NCBI GenBank assembly: GCA_951804945.1 | Contig: OX638151.1 | Location: 29,512,001-29,576,000, forward strand | DNA length: 64,000 nucleotides | Direction: 5' to 3' | Source of the DNA: Podarcis cretensis | Taxonomy: Eukaryota | Part shown: positions 53,246 to 64,000 of the stretch, piece by piece | Layout: each line of letters opens with the position of its first letter | Position numbering within the stretch: position 1 is the stretch's first letter | Notes under the pieces: model-generated | Database searches by the model: none | What the model was told of the DNA's origin: nothing | The model's input: the letters and a program-made list of their open reading frames with translations, nothing else | Translations under genes and position numbers: made by a program

Positions 53246-53468
53246 CAATGGCACCTTGGTTCCCAAACGGCTTAGTTGTCAAACAAATCAGCTCCCAAAC
53301 GCCACAAACCTGGAAGTATGTGTCCAGTTTGCGAACATTATTTGGAAGCCAAATGTCTTCTGCGGCTTCTACAGCTTCCGATTGAGTACAGGAAGCTCCT
53401 GCAGCCAATCGGAAGCCGTGCCTTGGTTTTTGAATGGTTTTGGGAGTTGAAGAGCCAAGGTACCACTG
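53246..53468 (-). mobile_element. Tigger-like MITE, family C, inverted relative to 43441
   Basis: CCTGCAGCCAATCGGAAGCCGTGCCTTGGTTTTTGAA is the near reverse complement of 43503-43540; TA flanks. Confidence 0.85.
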
Positions 53469-53489
53469 TAGTCATCATCATCATCATCA

Positions 53490-53760
53490 GAATTTCGGCG
53501 GCAGCATTTTGAACCAGCTGAAGTTGGGAACACTTTCCAAGGGCTGGCTCATGACCAGCATAGTGCAGTAGTCCAAACCAGAAGTAACTGAAGCACATGG
53601 CGCATAGCCAGATTAGCTCTCTCTAGTGATTGATCTGAAGCTTTAGAAAACGAAATACCTGAAGCTGTCCCTAAGTTTGCAAAGGGTGATATTTTAATCC
53701 CGGTCTCTCTTTTGGTTGTTGAAGAATTATTTGGCCCCAGAATAGGCTGTACAGGCAATG
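53490..53760 (-). mobile_element. L2-type LINE RT C-terminal fragment
   Basis: Minus-strand QLQLVQNAAA motif. Confidence 0.6.
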
Positions 53761-54179
53761 GCTGATTTACACACATCGTGGTGACCCGGAAGCGGCCATA
53801 AAAGAGAGCAGAATGGGGGTGGGGCAGAGCAGGCTTATGCGCACTCTACTGGCACACGTGGGAGTCAGGAGTGTAATCCCTGCACAAATTGGTCATTGCC
53901 TGTACTGCCATCATTTCTGTTGAGATGGTGAAGTTTTTATAAAGCAGCTCCTGTGTAATTTACTTTCAGCTGTACTATGCAAAATGAAAGGCATAGGGGA
54001 GAGGTAAAGGGGGGCATTCATTAACTATGTAACAGCAATGATAGACTATGGCTGTATAAAATGGTTGTGCACTGAAACAAATGCTTTCCACATTGTACAG
54101 TTCCCTTGTGATTTATATGACCTGTACTAGTAGAATGAAAAAATATATTAAATAAACATATATGTGTTTCACCTTTCAG

Positions 54180-54312
54180 GTTTTTGCCATTTTCAGGCCA
54201 CAGAGTTGATAAGTATGTCCCATCAATCCAAACAGCTAGTAAATATGGTCAATCGAGTTACGGGCTCAAACACTTCCGGGAAGAACACCCAGAGAAATGG
54301 ATAACAAATAAG
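54180..54312 (+). CDS. SPATA17: SPATA17 exon 9 (FLPFSGHRVDKYVPSIQTASKYGQSSYGLKHFREEHPEKWITNK); terminal coding exon not in visible sequence
   Basis: ctttcag acceptor, AAG|GTGAGT donor, 133 nt; cumulative CDS is 999 nt and still open. Confidence 0.93.
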
Positions 54313-56658
54313 GTGAGTTATGTTGGGAAACCAAAGCAAAGTTACAGCTTTGTAGACTTCTTAAAAATATCAAAATCAATCAGATCCACTCCACTAAATC
54401 AATTTCTACTGAAATGACATTAAAGCTCACTGAATTGGGAAACTATACAGTGCTTTCATGAGAATAAAATATGAACTGAAACTCCTCTGCTGTATATCGA
54501 AGAAAAAGGAAAAAATGGAAATTGTTAAAAAGAATAAGCTTTTACTTTTTTAAAAATCAGGTAAATATGAAGCTATAGAAATATTGCCCTAATTATTGAA
54601 ATCTGATGCTTAAAAATTACTCTTCCTCTTCCTCCTCCTCAAGGCAATAAGGAACATAATAAGTGCAGGAATTGTACACAATAATTAAGAACATCACAAC
54701 ACACACGCACACACACACACACACACACGGTGGTTTGGCATAATGAAATTAAAACTTTCACTTACCAATAATGTATTTTAAAAAGTATTATTCTTAGGGC
54801 TGCATTTTGTGAGACAGGTAGTTTCCCTTTTCTGCGCTGAAGAACATTCAAAGATGAGGGTGCTCCAACGCTTTATACCAGTTCTTGAGATTGTACCAGA
54901 AGGATTAACATTTCACTGCATTGAAATGAACAGGGAAGTCTAGCAAGAGAACGGACTCAATGCGTGCACACACAGCATAAGTGATTATTGGATAAAAGTC
55001 CAGTTCCCCAAATTATATGCAACAACGTTACCCTGGTTTTTGTTGTGTGTTTTTGTATTTCTATTAAGAGTTTCAAACATATTTTGTTAATACATTAAAG
55101 AAAACAGGCATAGGACAATCACAGTTGTTGATAACATTGCCATAGTGTGATCAGTGTGATTAAGTTGACAAGAAGTTGGGGGTCAGATGAAGAGGAGAAT
55201 TATGGTTGTGTTTCTTTCTGGCCTAGGTGAGCAAGGAAGAAGAGGTGGAGATATTAGGGTTTTTTTGTGTGTTGTTCTTGATTATATTCAGGGTTAGAAT
55301 AACCCACCTCCTCAAATGGCAGCAAAGTTCAACACACACACCTGAAAAAATGGCGAACTCACACCTCTGTTTGGGGACCTAAATTTGCTTCCTTTCCCTG
55401 TGAGGATCACATAAAATAAGGGTGACCTTTCCCCCCCAACCCTGTTTGTATTGCAAAGAAGGAGAAAATAATGGTGGAATCTTTCAGTAACAACAAGAGA
55501 AGAAAATAGTTTTTCTGTTACTTTCTCTTTTCATGACTAAATATGACTGGAAATGTATTGCTGTTTTCAGTCATTTCCAGAATTGTCTGATTTGCTAAAA
55601 TCTCATTTCAGAATTTCTTGCTAAAGGCCTCGATGTTTCTCAAAACTTTTAACATTGTATAAATAGCTGTTCAGTGGAAGGAATTCAATATGGGATAGGA
55701 TGTCAAAAGTTTAAAAACGGAACTAATATAGATCATCAGTCACAAAGCATGAAATGGAAAGAAAACAATTGAACAATTGCTTCTCGGCTGCTTTTCTGAG
55801 TTCTTGTCAGTTTGGGGAAGCAAAAAAATTCTGATTTTATGTAAGCTCCCTGTAGACTCAAGTTAAAAGAGACTACATAGAAATTGCTCTGCACACTTGG
55901 GTTCTGCTACCTTGGCACATGATTTTGTCTGTAGCATCCTGAGGTGGGGATTACAGCCTACTAGATACGCTAACAGTTTACAGTGTCAGATGATAAAATT
56001 CAAATAATTGCTGCCCAAGATACTGACCTTTTGACCCACTCTAGTTCATAGCTGCATTAATCTATAGCAGCAAAACACGTATTTGGGCTGCAGTTCTGCA
56101 GCTCAAATCCCATAGAAATCAATGTGACTTAAGCAACCTTAATGTGAACTGAACTGCAGCTTTTGTTACCTAATTGATAGTGGCTTCATTCAGATGCCAT
56201 GCTAAATCATGGTTTGATGCTGTAGGAAAGAGCAGCGGTTACGTGCTCCCTCCCCACCATGCATATGCTGTACTTCAGTTGTAATTTGGCTAGAATAAAC
56301 CATATTTTGATGTTTCACTGGTAAAACTGTTTTGTACTTGCCCTCCAAACTAACATCACAAAACATGGTTTGAAGCTGAAGCTGTTTTGCAGTCTTGGTT
56401 TGGAGGGCATGTGTAACCCATGTTTTGTCAGTTTGACATAAAAGCAAACTATGCTTTGATCATATTAGGAAATAACTAATTGAAGAGGAGCTTGTGGGAC
56501 CAGGAGAGAGGAAAGGGGCATGCACACACAGAGAGACACAGAACTCATTCCTACAGTGTCAAACCATAATTTGAGAACCAACACAATAATAATTGTAGCC
56601 AAAGGATTAAGTTAATTTTATAAGAACATTGGTTTTGGAAAACTGTTAACATGATATA

Positions 56659-57144
56659 CCGTATTTTTCGCACTATAGGACGCACTTTTTCCCCTCCAAA
56701 AATGAAGGGGAAATGTGTGTGCGTCCTATGGGGCGAATGCAGGCTTTCGCTGAAGCCTGGAGAGCGAGAGGGGTCGGTGTGCTCTCCCTCTCCAGGCTTC
56801 TCCCCTCTCCCTCTCCAGGCTTCAGGAAACTATCCGCAAGCCGTGGGAGCCCGCGGGAGTTCCCCCCGGGCTCCCCCGGCTTGCGCAGCGCTGCCTCTTA
56901 TCCCAAAGCCCCGGCGCGCTCAGCAGTCGTGCCGGGGCTTCAGGTAGCTCTGTGCAAGCCGCGGGAGGGCTCCCTCGGCTTGCGGAGAGCAGCCTGTTCT
57001 GGGGGCTGAGGTCGGGGGAAGCTCGGGCTTCCCCCGCCCCAGCCTCATGCCTTGGGGGGGAAATAATTTTTTTTTCTTTATTTCCCCCCCAAAAAACTAG
57101 GTGCGCCTTATGGGCCGGTGTGCCCTATGGGGCGAAAAATACGG
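56659..57144. mobile_element. Tc2/pogo-like MITE with GC-rich interior
   Basis: TIRs CCGTATTTTTCGC.CTATAGG.CGCAC / GTGTGCCCTATGGGGCGAAAAATACGG, TA flanks. Confidence 0.88.
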
Positions 57145-57511
57145 TACATTGAAATTCAACCAGCGGGATACGGGGAAGTCACTTAACAATGTTACTAAGA
57201 TTAGTTTAAATAGGCTGAGATTTATGTTTGTTTGTGTATTTGTTTGTTTGTTTGTTTTAAAAAAAATTAAAAAATTAATCAAAAAATTTGAAAAAATAAA
57301 TAAATAATAATTGTAGCCTAAGAAGAGATTAAGCACACTTTGGTTCAGTTCAGACGTAACAGATACCATGGTTTCCTGCCATGCTGAGACCTGTACTTCC
57401 CCCTCTCCCTTATTTCCACCTACAATGAGAAAATTGAAAGCCACTTTTGCGCTTAAGCTAGCCGTGGTTCCCCATTTTGTCCAGACTTGGAGAACTGTGG
57501 TTTGTTTAAAC

Positions 57512-57636
57512 CAGGAGCAGGGAACCTTTGGCCCTCTGGATGTTGCTGAACTACAACTCCCATCAGCACCAGCAAGCATGGTCAGTGGCTAGGGATGATG
57601 GGCAACATCTGATAGGCCAAAAGTTCCCCATGCCTG
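57512..57636. mobile_element. hAT hairpin MITE (decayed)
   Basis: CAGGAGCAGGGAACCTTTGGCC...GGCCAAAAGTTCCCCATGCCTG. Confidence 0.75.
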
Positions 57637-59399
57637 TGGTTCTGACATAATGGGAAATTGTGATTAAGTTAAAAGCTATAGCTTTATATTTCTTTTTCAA
57701 TTTTTTAATATAGCATTGTGAGCTTCTTTGTGAACCCAAGCAGAAATTTTAAAGTAGGACGTGAGCCTGAGTCACAGGTCTGATTTAGGATAGAAATGAT
57801 CTACCAAATCCATGTTCGCAACTTTGTCTATTGAACCAAAATGAACATAGAGCCACAATGTCTTTAAAAATGGAGGCAATGGAGGCTTTTATTTCTCTAT
57901 CGCCATTTGAGTACCTGGTGCACATGCAGAGAGCAACTAGCGGTACGACCATACTAGTGGTTGCTGCTAAGGTGGTGGCAGTTCTAGGTTCAGTATTTGT
58001 TGCCTATTTTGGCATAGTTCAGATGGAGGGGATAGTATTGCTGTGTCCATGCAGCAAAGTTGATAGCAGACCACTGGCAAAGATCATATATTCATATTTC
58101 CAAGGCACTAGCAGAATTATTACATGGTAGATTACAAAAATCACCATAAATCAACTTAAAACTTAGATGAACCAACAACTTTATATATATCTGAAAGATT
58201 TAAGGTAAAATAATGTGCTTTGTTCAGACATTACGCTTGACGAAAGTATTTTCCTTGGTTCAAAGCTTGGTTCAAATGACTAATACTGCCTTTACAACTG
58301 CGAAGTTTCAGGATTCAGAAACCACTAGATGCCATGAATTTAATCAACACTGATAGATCCTATGAAACTGGACAGACAAGCGATCAGATATACTAACTAA
58401 TCTTTCAGTTGTCAGAACACTTGCACTCTCTCAATATTCACTGAAGCAGAAATTATAGCCTACAGCCTTTAATCTGAAGTGGAATTAGTTTTCGTATGCG
58501 TTTTAAGACATCTGGCTTTTAATGGCAGTAATTTTTGGTATGTCCTTGTTTTGCAAACAAGGAAGTGGCATTCTTTGTAGAGCTTTCTGCTGTTTGCCTT
58601 ATTATAGGTGACTTACAACACAGATGCGTGCCTCTTTCCTTATTTGCGCATGCATATTTGGCCCTAAATAGAATTTTATTATCTACAAAGCATAAAAATA
58701 GCCAGTACTCCAAAGAATTGATTTAGAGAACCTAAGCATATTGCATAGAACATAAAGTTGACCTTTACCGTCTGCAGCTTTTGAAATGGAGTGGGATGTG
58801 GAACACATCATAGGCTTAATGTGGCACAACGCTGTCTGCAGAAACTTGGGTGGGACTGTGACTGCCTGNNNNNNNNNNNNNNNNNNNNNNNNNNNNNNNN
58901 NNNNNNNNNNNNNNNNNNNNNNNNNNNNNNNNNNNNNNNNNNNNNNNNNNNNNNNNNNNNNNNNNNNNNNNNNNNNNNNNNNNNNNNNNNNNNNNNNNNN
59001 NNNNNNNNAGAGAAACATGGCTTAGTTATGGATAATTTTACTTTTGCACACTGATTGGGATAAAATATGCTTTTCAAGCTCAACAGTCCATCCTACTGCA
59101 ATTTCAGGAAGAAGTCTGTATATGTGAATTGATGATCCAAGCATGCTGCAAAACAGCCAGTCTAGCTGTTTGTTTAAAATGGTTTCATTTCATTAATATT
59201 GGCAATTAATTAGGTATCAAGAAAGGGGAAACCTCTTCTGAGTTGCCAGTTGCATTAATCAGATACCAAGTTCCTTGCATAGGCTGAAAAGAAAAATATT
59301 TAGCTATGCACAACTGGTGCAGTTCCATTGATAATGGCAAAGACGTTTTACCTTGGTATTGTCAGTGCCAAACTAAAATAACATTTATCTGTTTTCATA

Positions 59400-59609
59400 A
59401 TGTCTTGGGAAAACGGGCGGAAAATATTATAAAGATAAAACCGCCAAGCATATAGAAGAACAAGCCTGGCTGAAGCAGAACCAGCATGGCTTCTGCGAGG
59501 GTAAGTCCTGTCTCAATAGGCTTTGGGAACTAACTGCTTTTAATGAAAGGACTGGTGCCATGCTGTTTTTATTGTAATTATTTGGATGGTTTTAGTAGAT
59601 TGTTTATGC

Positions 59610-59654
<45 letters not shown>

Positions 59655-60305
59655 TTTTAATTCTATCAGTGTTTAATTGTTTTTAATGATCCTCTTGTGG
59701 ATCAGGAACTGGTTAAGTAACAGGAAATAGAGAGCAGAGATAAATGGACAATTCTCCCAATGGAGGGCTGCAGAAATGGAAGTTCCCCAAGGATCGGTAT
59801 TGGGACCTGTGTGTTTCAACCTGTTCATAAGCAATTTAGAGTAAGGAGTGACGTGGCCAAGTTTGCAGATGATCCTTAACTGTTCAGGGTTGTTAAAAAG
59901 GGATTGTGAAGAGGTCCAAAGGGACTTCTCCAAACTGAGTCATTGGGTGGTAAAATGGCAGATGCAATTCAGTATAAACAAGTATAAAGTGATGCATGTT
60001 GGCAGGGTGGAATCTCAATTTCACACGTATGCTCATGGGGTCTAAACTGGTGGTCACTTAGAAGGAACAAGACCTTGGGGTCGTAGTGGCTAGCCTGATA
60101 AAGTTGCAGACCCAGTGTGCATCAGCTGTGAAGACTGCAGCTTCCATGGTAGGGATCATTAAGAAAGAAATGGAAAATCAAACTGCCAGTATCATAATGC
60201 TGTTATACAAATCTGTGGTGCAACTGCATTTGGAATACAGTACTGTGTGCAGTTTTTCTCACCTCACTTTGGAAAAGATACTGTAGAGTTGGAAAAATCA
60301 CAGAA
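59400..60305 (+). mobile_element. Decayed CR1 LINE RT region, interrupted by (GATA)n at 59611-59652
   Basis: QHGFCEGKSCL, VPQGSVLGP and KFADD motifs with stops and frameshifts. Confidence 0.85.
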
Positions 60306-60403
60306 ACAGGTGGTTGTAGGTTAAATCCTTGTATGGGAGAGCTGCATATGCCTGCATTGCAGGGGATTGGACTAGATGATACTCAGGGTCTCTTCCAACT
60401 CTA

Positions 60404-60752
60404 AAAAGGTAAAGGGACCCCTGACCATTAGGTCCAGTTGTGACTGACTCTGGGGTTGCGGCGCTCATCTCGCTTTATTGGCCGAGGGAGCCAGCGTACA
60501 GCTTCCGGGTCATGTGGCCAGCATGACTAAGCCGCTTCTGGTGAACCAGAGCCGTGCACGGAAACGCCATTTACCTTCCCGCTGGAGCGGTACCTATTTA
60601 TCTACTTGCACTTCGTGCTTTTGAACTGCTAGGTGGGCAGAAGCAGGGATCGAGCAACGGGAGCTCACCCCATCGCAGGGATTCAAACCGCCGACCTTCT
60701 GATCGGCAAGTCCTAGGCTCTGTGGTTTAACCCACAGTGCCACCCGCGTCCC
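60404..60752 (-). mobile_element. Full-length Sauria SINE nested in a Squam3/CR1-type tail
   Basis: 14-bp TSD CTCTTCCAACTCTA at 60390 and 60753; same subfamily as 35806. Confidence 0.93.
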
Positions 60753-63700
60753 CTCTTCCAACTCTACAACTCTACAATTATTGTTCCCTGAGCCACTGAA
60801 AAGCATTTCAAGAGGGTTGGGAGACCCTTTGTATTGGAATGGGATGTGGCACAGTGGATTTATATAGCTGCAAGGAAGAATCAACAAACATCATACACAT
60901 TTTATTACACTGCTTGGGGAAACCTTGAACATAGGGCAATTAATTCATTCTGAAATAAAATAAGTACACACATGCCGATAAAAGCAGAAGTGCCTTTCAC
61001 ATGTGCAGTGGCACCTTTGGATTTCTGTCTGTGTGAACGGGCAACAAGATCCATGTAACAATACTCCTTTGAAGGTGGCTCAGAGAAAATAATTCAGAAG
61101 GAATGATTTCAAGTAGTGACTAAAAATTTTTTGAGCCATTCAGTGAAGTTATTTACATGAGAAAAGGCACTGTCAGCACTTTCTAATGTATTTGAATAGG
61201 GATTGTCAAGCAACCAGTTCTATATTTTGTAAAACCTTATTTTTAGTTCTATAATTTCTCAGTGGGAAAATGCCATGCTTTGATAATGTTATTGGACTTT
61301 GAAGAATAAATATGAAGAGAAAAATTAGATGGCACTTATTAAACTGTCTAACTAGCAATCCTGTGTCGTTCATCTGTTGCATGATAAATGTCTTGTGTTA
61401 CCTATCTTCTATGTTTAATCAGGCAAATAGCTTGTTTCGGCAGGGGAAGAAAATCTACCTTTTAATAACTGCTAAGTTAAGTCAAAGAGTCTGCAGATTT
61501 TCCACACAATTCTTTACAGAGATTACAGGATAGCAGAATTTATGTATAGTTAACAAGACTGATGCTCTGTTAACAAACAAGAAATTTTTGGGAGACCTCC
61601 CAAAAGAGAGAGACTGCAAACTCTTTCTCACCTCTTCCCAAAGTTATTCAGATTTGTTCTTTGGGTGCTGCTGGTTGCACCAAAATGTGCTAAAGCTTGT
61701 TGTCATCTGTGAACAATCAGGATACAAGTTAACCAGAAAGAGGAAAACCTATAGTGGCTTAGGGGGGAAATGCGGTTTTAGCCAGCAAAACTTTGGCCCA
61801 TCCTTCTAGCTATGGTCTCCAGCCAGTTTTGCCCCAGGGTAGCTGCCCATAAACTACTATGCAGTTGTGCTTGTTGTAGGTAGAAAGATATCCGTCACTA
61901 TTTCTTTGAATGCTACAAAAAGTGCACTGTGCTAAAATTAAATTGATCTAATAGCTTCAAATATGTGATTGTCAATGAATGAAGGATTTGTAATTTACAG
62001 CTTACAGAAGTAGCAAGATGCAATATAAAAGCGATATACAAAAAGAACAGGCGCCAACAAAGACCAGCGATAAAACATTTTTAAAATAACCACAGTAAGA
62101 GGCACCATGAACTATAATAAAAACAAAAGGCAGAATAAAAACAAGGTAAAAAGACAAAGAGGGAGATCATAAATAATTATGGCTGGCAAGCACTAACATC
62201 TATCTGCTGGAGACCAATGTCATCCTAAACAGGAAAGTTTTAATGCTAAGTCAGAAGGCCAGCAAGAAGGGACAAGATGAACCCTCCCCAGTGAAGAAGG
62301 TCCACATTCTGGGCCCAGCAACAGAGAAGGGAGACATGACTGGGTGTGTTGTGGTCTGGATTGCAGGGCTAGTAGCAGTTACTACTATTGTTTGCTCTAA
62401 ATAATAGGTAGAAAATTGCAATTACATATATTCTTTAACCCTGCTGGTTAGAGGCAGGTTCACTGAAGTGGGTGGTGCTTCCAAGCTATGCAGAAAGGGT
62501 AGCTCATCACCAAGGCTGAGTTAATAATAACTCCAGACTTCAACTTAGATGGTACCTTTTAGGTTCAGGCTCCACAAAAAGCCAGACAAGCGATCAAATT
62601 GGAACGGTCAGAATAAAGTACCCAAATTTCTGTCGAGTCTTTGTGACTTTCCAGAATGCAAAGGCGTGCAAAATCGAGTCAGTTAATGAACGTTTGTATC
62701 TGTGAAGATGGCTTTGTGCTACATTAGAAAGGATTATCCTAGCATAAATTGCTTGCCCCGCTCTGTAAAAAATACTACATTTTTCCAGGACTGGAGATTA
62801 TATTTTTGTCATTTTACGCAGAGCAGGACAAGTAAAGTATTAATAAGGAACGGGGTGTGTGTGTGAGAGAGTATTATACCTGCCCTGCATGCCACTGTAT
62901 AACCTGCTGTTCTGTTGGTACAATCTAGTTGGTGACAGAACTCGGGACCTGGAGAAGTAGAGAACAAGTCAATCAAACAATACAAGACCATGCATATTAA
63001 AACAGACTTGGTGCCCTGATGTGAAGCTGCTTGATTGAGCAGCGCAGTGTCAACCATGTCTTTCTTCTAATGCTAAAAGTAATGTACATAGACAGAGTGA
63101 CAATCAGAGTACAGCCTCCCATCAGCTGTAATTAATCTTTTCGTTAACAGAAAGACTAGAAAGCCTCTCATCAGCCACTTCTGAAGTCGGAGAGACCCTG
63201 CTTTTTGATGTNNNNNNNNNNNNNNNNNNNNNNNNNNNNNNNNNNNNNNNNNNNNNNNNNNNNNNNNNNNNNNNNNNNNNNNNNNNNNNNNNNNNNNNNN
63301 NNNNNNNNNNNNNNNNNNNNNNNNNNNNNNNNNNNNNNNNNNNNNNNNNNNNNNNNNNNNNNNNNNNNNNNNNNNNNNNNNNNNNNNNNNNNNNNNNNNN
63401 NNNNNNNNNNNNNNNNNNNNNNNNNNNNNNNNNNNNNNNGGCTGTTTTTTGAAATATTACATTCTTAAGATAGAACACGCAAATGCAGACTCCAGTCTGT
63501 GTGGATATGTGTGTTTGTGTGTGTGTGTGTGCGTGTTCATTATTGCTTCTATCAGCTGATCAAGTGGTAAGAAGCTAATAAAAGGAGCACAATTGTAAAA
63601 TTTGATATACTGCTTTTAATCCCGCTAAAGGTAGCAATAAAGCATATACACATATATGGATATGAATCGTTATTACTGGGGTTTGATGTATACTGGCATA

Positions 63701-64000
63701 ATCACATGAGATACAGTGTGTGCGGATGGATGTCTTAAATCTCACCAGAGGTTTTAAATTAAATGAATGATTCGGATTGTATTCCTCTGTATATCATTCA
63801 GCAAAATTGGGTGTAATTTGTTGTTTCTGCAAATGTCAAACCTCCTGGCAATGGAAGTTCAAAATATATTAGTAGCCCAAGAATAGAAACATTTCAGCTT
63901 GAATCCCAAGCCCTTGGGATCACGTTGGGAATTTTCACGGTGCCTCTTATTTCCTTAAGGTAGAAAGGTGCACAATTGTTAAAATCCCAAGTTCTTGCTA

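Larger units (their letters stand above)
10726..63439. other. Seven assembly gaps: 10726-11033, 13583-13794, 20373-20808, 46472-46651, 49165-49528, 58869-59008, 63212-63439
   Basis: Runs of N. Confidence 1.

Noticed and set aside
56760-57060. Second CpG-island promoter
   Set aside because: Entirely enclosed by MITE TIRs and TA target sites.
61420-61465. SLFRQGKKIY as the SPATA17 last exon
   Set aside because: Only superficial similarity; no matching acceptor-to-stop structure.
10674-63478. Track ORFs containing long X runs
   Set aside because: Artefacts of translating assembly gaps.
1-64000. Prokaryotic-type systems (CRISPR array, operons, defence islands)
   Set aside because: The DNA is clearly vertebrate intron/exon sequence; I saw no regularly spaced repeat-spacer array or long intact foreign ORF.

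Overview
Vertebrate genomic DNA from a squamate, probably a lacertid lizard (judged from Sauria/POM-type SINEs, BovB and a squamate-type Penelope remnant), in a draft assembly with seven N-gaps. A CpG island at about 4.5-5.6 kb is a bidirectional promoter. GPATCH2 coding exon 1 lies on the minus strand (ATG at 4920, intron 1 runs off the left edge). SPATA17 lies on the plus strand (ATG at 5365). I reconstructed nine SPATA17 coding exons by hand: 999 nt, 333 codons, all GT-AG, one continuous frame, three IQ motifs. The last coding exon was not found and probably lies beyond the window or in a gap. The rest is intron, filled with SINEs, LINE remnants (BovB, RTE, CR1, L2), Tc1/mariner and hAT MITEs, and some repeat-poor, motif-rich blocks that may be conserved enhancers. 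Nearly all ORFs in the supplied track are spurious. I see no convincing new protein-coding system. The most interesting observations are RNA-level: a minimal hammerhead ribozyme motif inside an inverted Penelope-like insertion next to SPATA17 exon 2, and inverted repeat pairs that could drive dsRNA editing or circularisation of the in-frame, stop-free exon 7-9 block. Gene names and repeat families come from my recall of homologues, not from a database search.
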